This document shows positions 10,421 to 19,351 of a stretch of DNA of 64,000 bases, in pieces. Position numbers and translations under genes: made by a program. Origin of the DNA: Candidatus Omnitrophota bacterium (GTDB taxonomy: Bacteria > Omnitrophota > Gorgyraeia > Gygaellales > Profunditerraquicolaceae); NCBI GenBank assembly GCA_041651035.1, contig JBAZKC010000002.1, forward strand, positions 30,884 through 94,883, read 5' to 3'. How positions within the stretch are numbered: the stretch's first letter is position 1; each line of letters starts with the position of its first letter. The notes below the pieces were generated by a model that was not told where the DNA came from, did no database searches, and saw only the letters and a list, made by a program, of their open reading frames with translations.

Positions 10421-11059
10421 ATGGGTGATATATACAAGATGAATCTATGGCAGATATTCTTAGCCGGCGGCCCGGTGATGTGGCCGATACTATTATGTTC
10501 CATATTCGCTTTGGCGGTGGCTTTGGAGAAATTCTGGCATCTGCATAAGATAGATAGTATAGATACCCAGGGTTTCTTAAGTAAAATATTGGATAAGATG
10601 AAGCGCCACGATACTAAAGAAGCCTTGCAGATCTGCGATAACACCAAGAGCCCTATCGCCAACATATTAAAAGCGGGGATCTTGAAATACGACCGCCCGC
10701 GCCCCCAGATTGTAGAAGCTATTGAAGACGCTTCTCTGTATGAGATACCCCGGATAGAAAAGAATCTTACTACGCTTGCGACTATAGCCCATATTGCCCC
10801 GCTCTTAGGGCTTTTAGGGACAGTTACGGGTATGGTCAGGTGTTTTCAGACCATTCAGGCAAAAACCACGACGTTACATCCGGTATCTCCCGGAGACTTA
10901 GCCGGCGGCATTTGGGAAGCGCTGCTTACGACTGTTGCCGGTTTGATCGTAGCAATACCGACGTTTGTAGCTTATAATTACCTGGTTAACCGTATAAATA
11001 ATTATATCTTAGAGATGGAAAAAGCATCTACGGAATTGGTTAATTTTCTCACGGAGTAA
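10421..11059 (+). CDS. MotA/TolQ/ExbB proton-channel family protein
   Basis: 212 aa, 3 TM segments, conserved C-terminal TM region ..AGGIWEALLTTVAGLIVAIP..; aggagg RBS. Confidence 0.85.
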   Translation: MGDIYKMNLWQIFLAGGPVMWPILLCSIFALAVALEKFWHLHKIDSIDTQGFLSKILDKMKRHDTKEALQICDNTKSPIANILKAGILKYDRPRPQIVEAIEDASLYEIPRIEKNLTTLATIAHIAPLLGLLGTVTGMVRCFQTIQAKTTTLHPVSPGDLAGGIWEALLTTVAGLIVAIPTFVAYNYLVNRINNYILEMEKASTELVNFLTE

Positions 11060-11093
11060 AAATTGATGGCTAGATGTGTGAAGGGAGGCAATA

Positions 11094-11501
11094 ATGCGTT
11101 TTAAGGGCCGCATGGAATTAGAACACGGGCTTAAGCAGATAGATATCGCCCCTCTTATAGATATTGTATTCCAGCTGCTGATATTCTTTATGCTTACCTC
11201 AAGTTTTGTAATACAGCCGGGTATAAAGGTCAATCTGCCAAAGGCGATAACCAGCGAAGCGGTAAAATCCGAGAATATAGAGATACTGGTAACCGGTGAG
11301 AATGTGACTTATTTGAATGGCAGGGTAGTGACCACGCAGGAATTGCAGGCATTGCTTAAGCAGGCAGCCAAGAGGGATCAAACTATCCTGATTAAGGCGG
11401 ACAGGCGCGCGTCTTTAGGCAGGGTAGTAGAGGTTTGGGATCTGGCCCGCGATTTAGGCATAACCCAGATAAACATTGCTACAAATCAATCCTTAGACTA
11501 A
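11094..11501 (+). CDS. ExbD/TolR biopolymer transport protein
   Basis: 135 aa, PLIDIVFQLLIFFM TM helix and ExbD periplasmic domain. Confidence 0.85.
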   Translation: MRFKGRMELEHGLKQIDIAPLIDIVFQLLIFFMLTSSFVIQPGIKVNLPKAITSEAVKSENIEILVTGENVTYLNGRVVTTQELQALLKQAAKRDQTILIKADRRASLGRVVEVWDLARDLGITQINIATNQSLD

Positions 11502-11512
11502 GCCCGCTTCAA

Positions 11513-12145
11513 ATGATAAACCGACTCCTGAAGAAAACAATCTTCATATCTTTATTAGGGCATATAACTGTTTTTAGTGTTTTTGGCCTTTCTTTTGGCA
11601 ACAGGATGCCCCAGGCGAATTATGCCCAGGTTTATTTTTGGGGCCAATTCTTGCGCAGCGCTCAGATTGACCCTCCCGTTGTTTCTGATTTAAGCCGTAT
11701 AAAGAAGATCCTTATTAGAAAACCGGTTACGCCAGAGCTCGATAATATCTCCAGGACCGGGTCTTCCCGGGTATTAAATAATTGGGGGGAAAAACCGCCG
11801 TTTCCCTTGGTGTTTAATAGCCAGAAAGAGCCTTTTATCAAAGAAACTGGAGCCAGGTTCTTACCCCAAAGAAGGCCTGAACCTACGATAATATTCCATC
11901 CTTTACTTCCTTATTGGTTCGCCTTATATTTTAAAGACAGGCAGGTCGCGCATGTTGAGCTCGTATTTAAAACAATCTCCGGGGGCAAGGGGAATTCCAT
12001 ACTAGTCAAGAGGAAGATCTCATCCGGTAATTTAGAGGTTGATCTCTTGAGTTTGCGTTATATAGGGCATTATCTTTCCATAAAACAGGCAAACTCTGCT
12101 TTCGATAGCTGGCAGACGGTAAAAATTGACCTTTCGGCAAAGTAG
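11513..12145 (+). CDS. Hypothetical membrane-anchored protein in the position of TonB/TolA
   Basis: The internal ATG (MINRLLKK) gives a single N-terminal TM helix. There is no recognisable TonB C-terminal domain, and the ORF is trimmed from the track start to avoid overlap with exbD. Confidence 0.4.
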   Translation: MINRLLKKTIFISLLGHITVFSVFGLSFGNRMPQANYAQVYFWGQFLRSAQIDPPVVSDLSRIKKILIRKPVTPELDNISRTGSSRVLNNWGEKPPFPLVFNSQKEPFIKETGARFLPQRRPEPTIIFHPLLPYWFALYFKDRQVAHVELVFKTISGGKGNSILVKRKISSGNLEVDLLSLRYIGHYLSIKQANSAFDSWQTVKIDLSAK

Positions 12146-12166
12146 GGTTAAGGTATCTTTTAACCA

Positions 12167-12388
12167 ATGATAAACATAGATTTTTCTTTAGCCATAGCCC
12201 TGTATACTTCTATTTTATTAAGCGCGGTATTAATTGCCTGGATATTTGCCAAGAAATATAGAGATAAGGATTTAACGCTTGACCCCAAGTTCATATGGTT
12301 TTGTTCCGTATGCGCTTATACCTATATTAATACCAAAGAAGACGTGATTTCGGTCTGTCCCAGGTGCGGGAGCTATACGAAAAAATAA
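12167..12388 (+). CDS. Small membrane protein with C-terminal CxxC..CxxC zinc-ribbon
   Basis: 73 aa, one TM helix, CSVC..CPRC. Confidence 0.4.
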   Translation: MINIDFSLAIALYTSILLSAVLIAWIFAKKYRDKDLTLDPKFIWFCSVCAYTYINTKEDVISVCPRCGSYTKK

Positions 12389-12416
12389 TTGACCAAGGTT
12401 AGTTTATTGCTATAAT
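12389..12416 (+). promoter_or_regulatory. Sigma70-type promoter TTGACC-16-TATAAT
   Basis: TTGACC at 12389-12394 and TATAAT at 12411-12416. A 7-bp stem / GAA loop hairpin (gttacttgaaaagtaac) follows in the leader. Confidence 0.6.
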
Positions 12417-12488
12417 ATATCTTAGGTCTAACTTTAAGGGCGCGAATAAGTTTTGTTACTTGAAAAGTAACCTATGGGGGAGGGCGAA

Positions 12489-12698
12489 ATGATTACAGAG
12501 ATAGGGATAGTAGCCGGGGATATCTGGCACTTTTTAGACCAGCATGGAGAGGTTTCTTTGTCTGTCCTGGTAAAGAGCATAGATAAACCGCGCGATAACG
12601 TGCTTATGAGTTTAGGCTGGTTAGCCAGAGAAGGCCATGTGATTCTCCAGCAGGTGAATAACGGAGAATATAAAATAAACTTGAGGAAAGATGCCTAA
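12489..12698 (+). CDS. Hypothetical small protein (possible winged-helix fold)
   Basis: ATG at 12489 is preceded by a gggggaggg RBS; no family recognised with confidence. Confidence 0.4.
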   Translation: MITEIGIVAGDIWHFLDQHGEVSLSVLVKSIDKPRDNVLMSLGWLAREGHVILQQVNNGEYKINLRKDA

Positions 12699-13119
12699 GC
12701 CCGGGATCCAGGAGAAGGGGATTGTGCTGTTTATAGCTTTAGCGACAATTTTTATGGTTATTCTCCTGGCGAATATTGTGCTGAGTATTGTCTCCAGCCA
12801 GTCACGCCTGACACACCATAGGGTTAGCCGTATTCAGGCTTATTACGCGGCACTAGCAGGGGTAAATTTTAGCCTGGAACAGTTAAGGACCGGCGTTTGG
12901 GCTTTTACTCCTACTAATTCCTGCCCTGATCCAGGTGGCTGCTTACTTACTAATTTTGTCCAAGATTACGCAGGCACATTCCCCACGAGCGTAAGCGAGA
13001 TAAAGATCATTTTTTGTCCTTCAGGCAGCACTTGCACAGGAACATCCGATGCTTGCAGCCCTCCCACTGGCTATACTTTCTGTATAAATTCTACCGCAAC
13101 ATTCACCTACACACCGTAA
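12691..13119 (+). CDS. PilX-N-like minor pilin / pilus assembly protein
   Basis: N-terminal hydrophobic helix GIVLFIALATIFMVILLAN then ..SRIQAYYAALAGV resembling the PilX N-terminal domain; Cys-rich C-terminus. Confidence 0.5.
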   Translation: MPKPGIQEKGIVLFIALATIFMVILLANIVLSIVSSQSRLTHHRVSRIQAYYAALAGVNFSLEQLRTGVWAFTPTNSCPDPGGCLLTNFVQDYAGTFPTSVSEIKIIFCPSGSTCTGTSDACSPPTGYTFCINSTATFTYTP

Positions 13120-13250
13120 CGTAATACCCTATTTATAATCTATATATATCTAAGTAAGTTTATTATGAATTTATATGTTTTAATTTAGGGTCATTTTTAT
13201 AGTATTTTCTTCTAATAAGTAAATCTAAGTAAGAGTATATAAAAAAACAC

Positions 13251-13280
13251 TTGACAAGATAAATACTTTATGATTAAATT
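13251..13280 (+). promoter_or_regulatory. Candidate promoter TTGACA-18-TTAAAT in an AT-rich 200-bp spacer
   Basis: TTGACA at 13251-13256. Direct repeats atctaagtaag at 13148-13158 and 13223-13233 lie upstream. Confidence 0.35.
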
Positions 13281-13319
13281 AAGTCCACAATGATTTATAA
13301 TGTAATAAGGTAAAATCCT

Positions 13320-13520
13320 ATGGCAAGACTTATTGATATTGATGAATTAGCCGAGTATCTAAAATTGAAGAGGCAGACCCTTTATAATTGGCTGCACCAG
13401 GGGAAGATCTCCGGTATTAAAGTGGGGGGAGTCTGGAGATTTGACCGCAGGGAAGTGGATAATTGGTTAAAAAGTAAAAGGCGCTTAACCAGGGAATTAA
13501 AACCCGGAGAAAAGCAATGA
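13320..13520 (+). CDS. Excisionase-family helix-turn-helix DNA-binding protein
   Basis: 66 aa. ELAEYLKLKRQTLYNWLHQGKISGIKVGGVWRFDRREVDNWL matches the Xis/AlpA-type HTH pattern. The stop overlaps the pilM start (ATGA). Confidence 0.75.
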   Translation: MARLIDIDELAEYLKLKRQTLYNWLHQGKISGIKVGGVWRFDRREVDNWLKSKRRLTRELKPGEKQ

Positions 13521-15082
13521 ATTCATCATTAGGTATATATTTCGGGCCGAAAGCAATCAGCCTCGTTGAAGTCAAGGGCAGGAAGCTCATAAATAATATT
13601 CAAATATCCCATTCAGCGGCCTCTTCCGGAGAACTGGAAGAAAAAGTTCCCGCGGAGGCAAAGGTGATCGGGATAATCGCTCTTTTTAAGGAAGAACTGC
13701 GCAGGAACAGGGTTGAGGCGAAAGAGGCGACTCTGTGCCTTTCAGGAAAGGATTTGATCATACGTACCTTTGAAATGCCTGTGCTGCCGCGTGAGGAGCT
13801 GCAAAGCGCCATAAATTTTGAAGTTAAGAAGTATATGCCTTTTAAAACTGAAGAGCTCATCTCGGATTTCCAATTAAAGTTTGATAAAATAAGCCGCACC
13901 AATATCGTCCTGTTTATGGGCATAAAGAAAGAAGCCCTGGATAGTTATCTTTCCATATTAAGCCAGTTAGATATCAAGCTTAACGCGATAGAGTATTCCG
14001 CTTTCAGTATTTTGAGGTGTTTGAAATTGTCGGGCGCCAGTGAAAGCGGTATTATAGGTATTCTTGCCGCTGACCTCCCTGGCAAGGACGAAGTTAATTT
14101 TACGATCCTAGAAAACGGATTCCCGTTATTCAGCCGGGATATTACCTTGCCTGCCTCGCCCGAATATATGGGAAAAGACGCGGAAGCGGAGTCATCAGCG
14201 ACTTTAGAGAAGCTAAAAACAGAGATCCGTATGTCCCTGGATTATTATGATCGTAAATTCTCCAATAAAAACATTAAAAAGATGTATCTCTTGTTTAACC
14301 AGGAGCATCATTTAGAACTGGAGGCGTTTATGGCGGAAATAGGTTTTCCCGCCACATTCATAGATATAAATAAATGTTTAGACAGGACTACACCCTATTC
14401 TCTGGGTTTTGTTAAAAGCTACAGCGCTTCCTTGTCCAAGGTAATAAAAAATAAATTAACGGTCGACTTGCTGGCGGCGCAGGCAAAGATAAAATCCCTG
14501 AAAGAGAAGTCTATACAGAAGGAAATACTATCTTTGTTTGAGGGCATAAAGTTAGATTACAGAATGGCTGCCGCGGCTCTGTTTATAATCATCGCGAGCA
14601 TTGGCTTGGGTTTCTACCGTACCCAGCCTTTACGTAAAGAATTAGAGACTATCCTGGCCGTGCGCCCGCGGGTATCTGTAATAAGCCCGGGTGCTTCTTA
14701 TGGGGAGTTGGCGGGCAAGGATACCGAATACAAGAGAAAGCTGGACGCCTTAGGTAGCCTAGTAAATAAACAAGTATACATTACCGAGCCGCTGGATGTT
14801 TTGCCCCGGGTTTTGCCGAAAGGCGTGTGGTTGACGAGCCTTTCTCTTAATAAGAGAAGCGAAGGCAAGGCAGAGCTTACTTTAGAGGGTACTGCCTATC
14901 TGTCTGACAGTGATAAAGAATTCGCCGCGGTAAATGAATTCCTGCTAAGCTTAAAAAGTACTCCTGCCTTTACCAAGTATTTCAAGGATATAAACGTCAC
15001 GTCTTTGAATAGCGGGAGATCCCAAGAGGTAATGGTAACCAATTTTTTGATATCCTGTAAGACTTATCAAGGAAGAGAATAA
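13517..15082 (+). CDS. pilM: Type IV pilus assembly protein PilM fused to PilN
   Basis: 521 aa. An N-terminal ~350 aa actin-like PilM domain, then a TM segment AAAALFIIIASIGLGFY and a PilN-like periplasmic region. Confidence 0.8.
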   Translation: MNSSLGIYFGPKAISLVEVKGRKLINNIQISHSAASSGELEEKVPAEAKVIGIIALFKEELRRNRVEAKEATLCLSGKDLIIRTFEMPVLPREELQSAINFEVKKYMPFKTEELISDFQLKFDKISRTNIVLFMGIKKEALDSYLSILSQLDIKLNAIEYSAFSILRCLKLSGASESGIIGILAADLPGKDEVNFTILENGFPLFSRDITLPASPEYMGKDAEAESSATLEKLKTEIRMSLDYYDRKFSNKNIKKMYLLFNQEHHLELEAFMAEIGFPATFIDINKCLDRTTPYSLGFVKSYSASLSKVIKNKLTVDLLAAQAKIKSLKEKSIQKEILSLFEGIKLDYRMAAAALFIIIASIGLGFYRTQPLRKELETILAVRPRVSVISPGASYGELAGKDTEYKRKLDALGSLVNKQVYITEPLDVLPRVLPKGVWLTSLSLNKRSEGKAELTLEGTAYLSDSDKEFAAVNEFLLSLKSTPAFTKYFKDINVTSLNSGRSQEVMVTNFLISCKTYQGRE

Positions 15083-15083
15083 T

Positions 15084-15590
15084 ATGAAATTAAGCGGGCT
15101 GATCAACAAAAACAGGGTTTTTAATGCCTCCTTGATCATACTGGCGGTCATAGTAGCCGGAAATATTTATAAGGGCCAGGGCAAGGGGGTAGAGGCGTTG
15201 AAAAAAGAGAACGATATGGAAATAAAAAAGAACACTGTAATGAATAGCCTCAGTAAAGGAGAAAATGATCTTGATGGCTACAAAAACATTTTTGTCAAAA
15301 AAGACGCCGGCTCCATTATAAACACGCTTAGCAATATCGCTAAAGAATCGGGCGTTAAGATCAAGTCTATTAAGCCGGCGCAGGAACAGAAGCTTACATA
15401 CTACATTAAGACCCCTTTTAATCTAGCGCTTAGCGTTCCCGGTTATCATGCTTTAGGCGGCTTTATCAGTAAATTAGAAAATTACCGGGACGCGTATCTG
15501 GTCGTTGAGGCTGTTGATATAAGGTCCGAGACGCAGGGCGAGGGATTGAATGTTAATTTAATGGTGAACTCTATAGTGCTTACGAACTGA
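15084..15590 (+). CDS. pilO: Type IV pilus assembly protein PilO-like
   Basis: 168 aa, N-terminal TM, coiled coil, position between pilMN and pilP/Q. Confidence 0.6.
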   Translation: MKLSGLINKNRVFNASLIILAVIVAGNIYKGQGKGVEALKKENDMEIKKNTVMNSLSKGENDLDGYKNIFVKKDAGSIINTLSNIAKESGVKIKSIKPAQEQKLTYYIKTPFNLALSVPGYHALGGFISKLENYRDAYLVVEAVDIRSETQGEGLNVNLMVNSIVLTN

Positions 15591-15592
15591 CG

Positions 15593-16054
15593 ATGAAAAA
15601 GACAGGAGCCAAGATAATAAATATTTTCTTCTTAACCGTATTTATCCTTGGTTTATTTACATTGGATTCATTCGCGGCGCAGGCGGAAAAGCCTTCTGTC
15701 GCAGGGCGTATTGAAAGGCCGGTTGTAGAATATAAAGCGCAGGGCTTGAGAGACCCTTTCCGCAGTCCCTCTACAGGAGGAGATGATAGTAGGCAGGCTA
15801 AACAGAGTGAAAAGCCCGTGCATCCTGGAGGGGCGGTAGAACAGCAACTCCCTTCTTTGGTTGTGCAGGGTTTGATCTGGGGAGGGGATTTCCCGCAGGC
15901 GATCATTAACAATAAAGTCTTGAAAATAGGGGACGTAATAGGGGGCGCGCGCGTTACCAGCATTGATAAAGACGGCGTAAGCGTGTATTTCGCGGAAAAG
16001 CAATACAAGCTGTCTCCACCGGCGGCAAACGCGAGCCCTTCTAAAAAACATTAA
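15593..16054 (+). CDS. pilP: PilP-like pilus assembly protein
   Basis: 153 aa, signal/TM N-terminus and a C-terminal beta domain (VLKIGDVIGGARVTSIDKDGV), immediately upstream of the secretin. Confidence 0.55.
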   Translation: MKKTGAKIINIFFLTVFILGLFTLDSFAAQAEKPSVAGRIERPVVEYKAQGLRDPFRSPSTGGDDSRQAKQSEKPVHPGGAVEQQLPSLVVQGLIWGGDFPQAIINNKVLKIGDVIGGARVTSIDKDGVSVYFAEKQYKLSPPAANASPSKKH

Positions 16055-16064
16055 GGAGGATAAT

Positions 16065-17609
16065 ATGAAAAAGTTTTCCCAGTTGGGTGTATTTATTCTT
16101 ATACTTTTTTTAATCCTGCCGCCTCCTTACTTATGCGCTGATTCAAAAGTAACATTTTCCGGCTCGGAGCCGGAGGTCTCTATGGATTTTAAAGACGCCA
16201 GCCTGAAAGATATATTGAAAGCCTTATCTATGCAGTCAGGCCTGAATTTTATTGCTTCAGAAGGACTACAGGATAGGAAGGTAACTCTTTATCTGGACCG
16301 GGTCCCTTTAAGGAAGGCGATGGATAGATTGTTTAAAGCGAATAATCTATCTTACGAGCTGGATAAAGATGCCAATATCTTTATTGTTAAAGACTGGGGT
16401 AAGGTCCAGGTTGAGACTATCACCAAGGTCTTTTATCTGAAATACGCCACTGTTTCCTCCTCTTCTTTAAAAGAGGAGATGTCGAATCAAATAAACGGAG
16501 AAAGCAGTTTTGCTACCGGCAGCACATCTTCTTCATCGAGTACTAGCAGTAGCAGCAGCAACGGTAAATGGAACGTAGAAGAAGACGTGGGTATCACTAA
16601 AGCAGTAAAGAAGCTTCTTTCTCCGGCCGGTTCAGTGGTTGAGGATTTTCGCACCAACAGCCTTATTGTTACGGATACTCCCGGCCGTATGGAGGTTGTA
16701 AGCCAGGTGATCGCTTCTTTGGATGTGCGCGTGCCGCAGGTTATGTTAGAAGTAGAGATGTTAGATGTAAGTAAGAACGAGGTGGATAAGTTAGGGTTTA
16801 AATTCGGCCAGACGCCTTTCGCGGTGGCTATAACAGGCGCTACGGCAAGCACCGGTTTCCCTTTTGGCAGCTGGAGCAAGATCTTTAATCCAGCCCTCGG
16901 CACCATATCAATAAATCCGAATGGTTATTCGGCGCAGTTAGATTTTCTAAGGACCCGCACTGATACGAAATACCTAGCCAGGCCCAGGCTCCTTACTTTA
17001 AATAACGAAACCGCGGAGATCAGGATCGCTACTAATGAATCAATAGGCGTAACTTCAACCAGCGTTACCGAAGCAGGCACGACTACAGCCACAGCGGAGA
17101 GGACGGAGACAGGCGTGATCTTAAGGATCACTCCTCAGATAAATCAGGAGACAGGCGAAATTACCATGTTTGTTTTTCCTAAGGTCGCCGAGGCGGTACA
17201 AGGGAATAGTTTAACCAGCGGAGGCAGCCAGAGCCGTTTCAGGGATCCTGAAGAGCGCAGCACTAAAACCTTAGTAAGGGTCAAGGATGGGGAGACGGTA
17301 GTTCTTGGAGGATTGATCCGGAATGAAGTGGTTGATATCGAAACGAAGCTTCCTATTTTAGGGGATCTTCCTATAATAGGGGTTTTCTTCAGGCATAAAG
17401 GCGGTGGCAGCGACGATTCCCCTAAGAACAAGGAACGCGAATTATTGGTATTTATTACTCCTCGTATTATAAAAGATACGGATATTAAACTTGCCCAGGC
17501 CAATAAAACCGTACTTTCCTTAGAGAGAGAGCAGAATACGGCATCGGGGGTTAACCGCGAGACAGCAATAAACGCCAGCTTAAACAATTTTGAGAAGAAG
17601 AAAAGATAA
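16065..17609 (+). CDS. pilQ: Type IV pilus secretin PilQ
   Basis: 514 aa, signal peptide, N0/N1-type domains, secretin domain motif TLVRVKDGETVVLGGLI..LPILGDLPIIGVFF. Confidence 0.9.
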   Translation: MKKFSQLGVFILILFLILPPPYLCADSKVTFSGSEPEVSMDFKDASLKDILKALSMQSGLNFIASEGLQDRKVTLYLDRVPLRKAMDRLFKANNLSYELDKDANIFIVKDWGKVQVETITKVFYLKYATVSSSSLKEEMSNQINGESSFATGSTSSSSSTSSSSSNGKWNVEEDVGITKAVKKLLSPAGSVVEDFRTNSLIVTDTPGRMEVVSQVIASLDVRVPQVMLEVEMLDVSKNEVDKLGFKFGQTPFAVAITGATASTGFPFGSWSKIFNPALGTISINPNGYSAQLDFLRTRTDTKYLARPRLLTLNNETAEIRIATNESIGVTSTSVTEAGTTTATAERTETGVILRITPQINQETGEITMFVFPKVAEAVQGNSLTSGGSQSRFRDPEERSTKTLVRVKDGETVVLGGLIRNEVVDIETKLPILGDLPIIGVFFRHKGGGSDDSPKNKERELLVFITPRIIKDTDIKLAQANKTVLSLEREQNTASGVNRETAINASLNNFEKKKR

Positions 17610-17629
17610 CACCCGCAGGCCCATTAAAA

Positions 17630-19351
17630 ATGTCTAAAGAAAGATACCTAAAATTAGGCGAGCTTCTGGTTAAGGAAGGGCTTATTAATGCCAGCCAGTT
17701 AGAGAACGCGATCAGTGTTCAGAGGCAGGAGGGCGGCCGGCTGGGTGAGATCATTGTTAATCTGGGATTTATTAAGGAAGACCGCGTTGTAGCCGCCTTG
17801 GGCAAACAACTTAATATTCCTTATTTTTCTTTAGGCACGGGGATGTTAAAACCGGCGATTGACCAGGGATTAGAGCGCCTTATTCCCCAGGATTTCGCGC
17901 TGAAGAATTCCATCCTTCCCTTATCGCGCACCTTAAGGTCTATAACCATAGCTATGTCCGATCCTTTAGACATTATCCTTATTGATAACCTAAAGAAACT
18001 GACAAGCTGCGAGATCAATCCTGTAATCGCCACAAAATCCGATATCGCCAAGGCGGTAGAGGAATTCTACGGCAAGTCCGCCATGCTCAGGGAGGCTGTA
18101 GAGGCCAGTTACGATATTACTTCTGTTGAAGCACCTTTGGCGGAAGCCGAGGCTGGCGATCAGGAATTGAGTTTGGATAAATTGATCGCCCGGGCCGAAG
18201 AAGCTCCGGTAGTAAAATTAGTAGACTTAATTGTCCGCCAGGCTATTGATGAGCGCGCCTCGGATATACATATCGAACCGTTCAAGGATAAGATATCTTT
18301 AAGGTACCGTATAGACGGAAAACTTTATGAGATACCACCTCCTGCCAGGCACCTGCATCTTCCGATCATATCCCGCATAAAGATATTGGCAAAATTAGAT
18401 ATCGCGGAAAAACGCCTTCCCCAGGACGGCGGTTTCTCGGTGAGAATAGGGGAAAGGCCTATAGACATAAGAATTTCCACTATACCTACGATATACGGCG
18501 AGAAGTTAGTTTTAAGGATACTGGATAGAATGCAGGTAGTTTTAGACCTTAATCAATTAGGCTTTGACGCCAAGCAGCTTGAGCATATCCGTTGGGCGAC
18601 TAATCAGCCTTACGGGTTGGTATTTTTAACCGGCCCTACCGGCAGCGGAAAGACCACTACCTTATACGCTATATTAAACGAGATAAAAAAACCCACAAAA
18701 AACATTATTACTATCGAAGATCCGGTAGAATACAAATTGGAAGGCATTAATCAGGTCCAGGTAAAGCCTGAGATCGGCCTGACCTTTGCCACCGCGCTGC
18801 GCAGTTTCTTAAGGCAGGACCCGGATATAATGCTGGTAGGGGAGGTAAGAGACTTAGAAACTGCCCAGATCTGCATTCGTTCAGCATTGACCGGCCATTT
18901 GGTATTAAGCACGTTACATACTAATGACGCGCCTTCAGCTGTAAGCCGTATTATGGATATTGGTATTGAATCTTATCTCTTGGCGCCTTCGTTGATAGCG
19001 GTGGTAGCGCAGCGGTTGGTGAGGAAGCTGTGCCTGGATTGCAAAGAGGCCTATGAGCCCACTGCCGAAGAAGTCAATAGGATGAAACTAAAGGCGGAAT
19101 TGATATACAAGCCGAGAGGCTGCGCTAAGTGCAATAATACCGGCTATAAAGGCAGGGCGTGTATCTCTGAAATCATGATCGCGGACGAAAAGGTCAGAGA
19201 ATTGATCAACCAGAGGGTGTCATTCCAGAAAATAAGAGAGGTAGCCAGGGCCAGTGGCATGCAAACTCTTTATGAATCAGCTATAAAAAAGGTTGAGGAA
19301 GGGGTAATTTCTTCCGAAGAAGCGCTTTCTGTTACCTTAGGAGTGGATTAG
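17630..19351 (+). CDS. pilB: Type IV pilus assembly ATPase PilB (GspE family) with N-terminal MshEN/T2SSE_N domain
   Basis: 573 aa; Walker A GPTGSGKTTT, Asp box, His box, tetracysteine CLDC..CAKC. The N-terminus carries two RLG..GLI..QL..A 24-residue motifs. Confidence 0.95.
   Translation: MSKERYLKLGELLVKEGLINASQLENAISVQRQEGGRLGEIIVNLGFIKEDRVVAALGKQLNIPYFSLGTGMLKPAIDQGLERLIPQDFALKNSILPLSRTLRSITIAMSDPLDIILIDNLKKLTSCEINPVIATKSDIAKAVEEFYGKSAMLREAVEASYDITSVEAPLAEAEAGDQELSLDKLIARAEEAPVVKLVDLIVRQAIDERASDIHIEPFKDKISLRYRIDGKLYEIPPPARHLHLPIISRIKILAKLDIAEKRLPQDGGFSVRIGERPIDIRISTIPTIYGEKLVLRILDRMQVVLDLNQLGFDAKQLEHIRWATNQPYGLVFLTGPTGSGKTTTLYAILNEIKKPTKNIITIEDPVEYKLEGINQVQVKPEIGLTFATALRSFLRQDPDIMLVGEVRDLETAQICIRSALTGHLVLSTLHTNDAPSAVSRIMDIGIESYLLAPSLIAVVAQRLVRKLCLDCKEAYEPTAEEVNRMKLKAELIYKPRGCAKCNNTGYKGRACISEIMIADEKVRELINQRVSFQKIREVARASGMQTLYESAIKKVEEGVISSEEALSVTLGVD

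Noticed and set aside
15580-16054. Two minus-strand ORFs (142 and 127 aa) over pilP
   Set aside because: Overlap the pilP-like gene inside a tightly packed co-directional pilus operon; no start context
16487-17587. Minus-strand ORFs of 139, 68 and 147 aa inside pilQ
   Set aside because: Antisense to the secretin gene, which has unambiguous domain motifs
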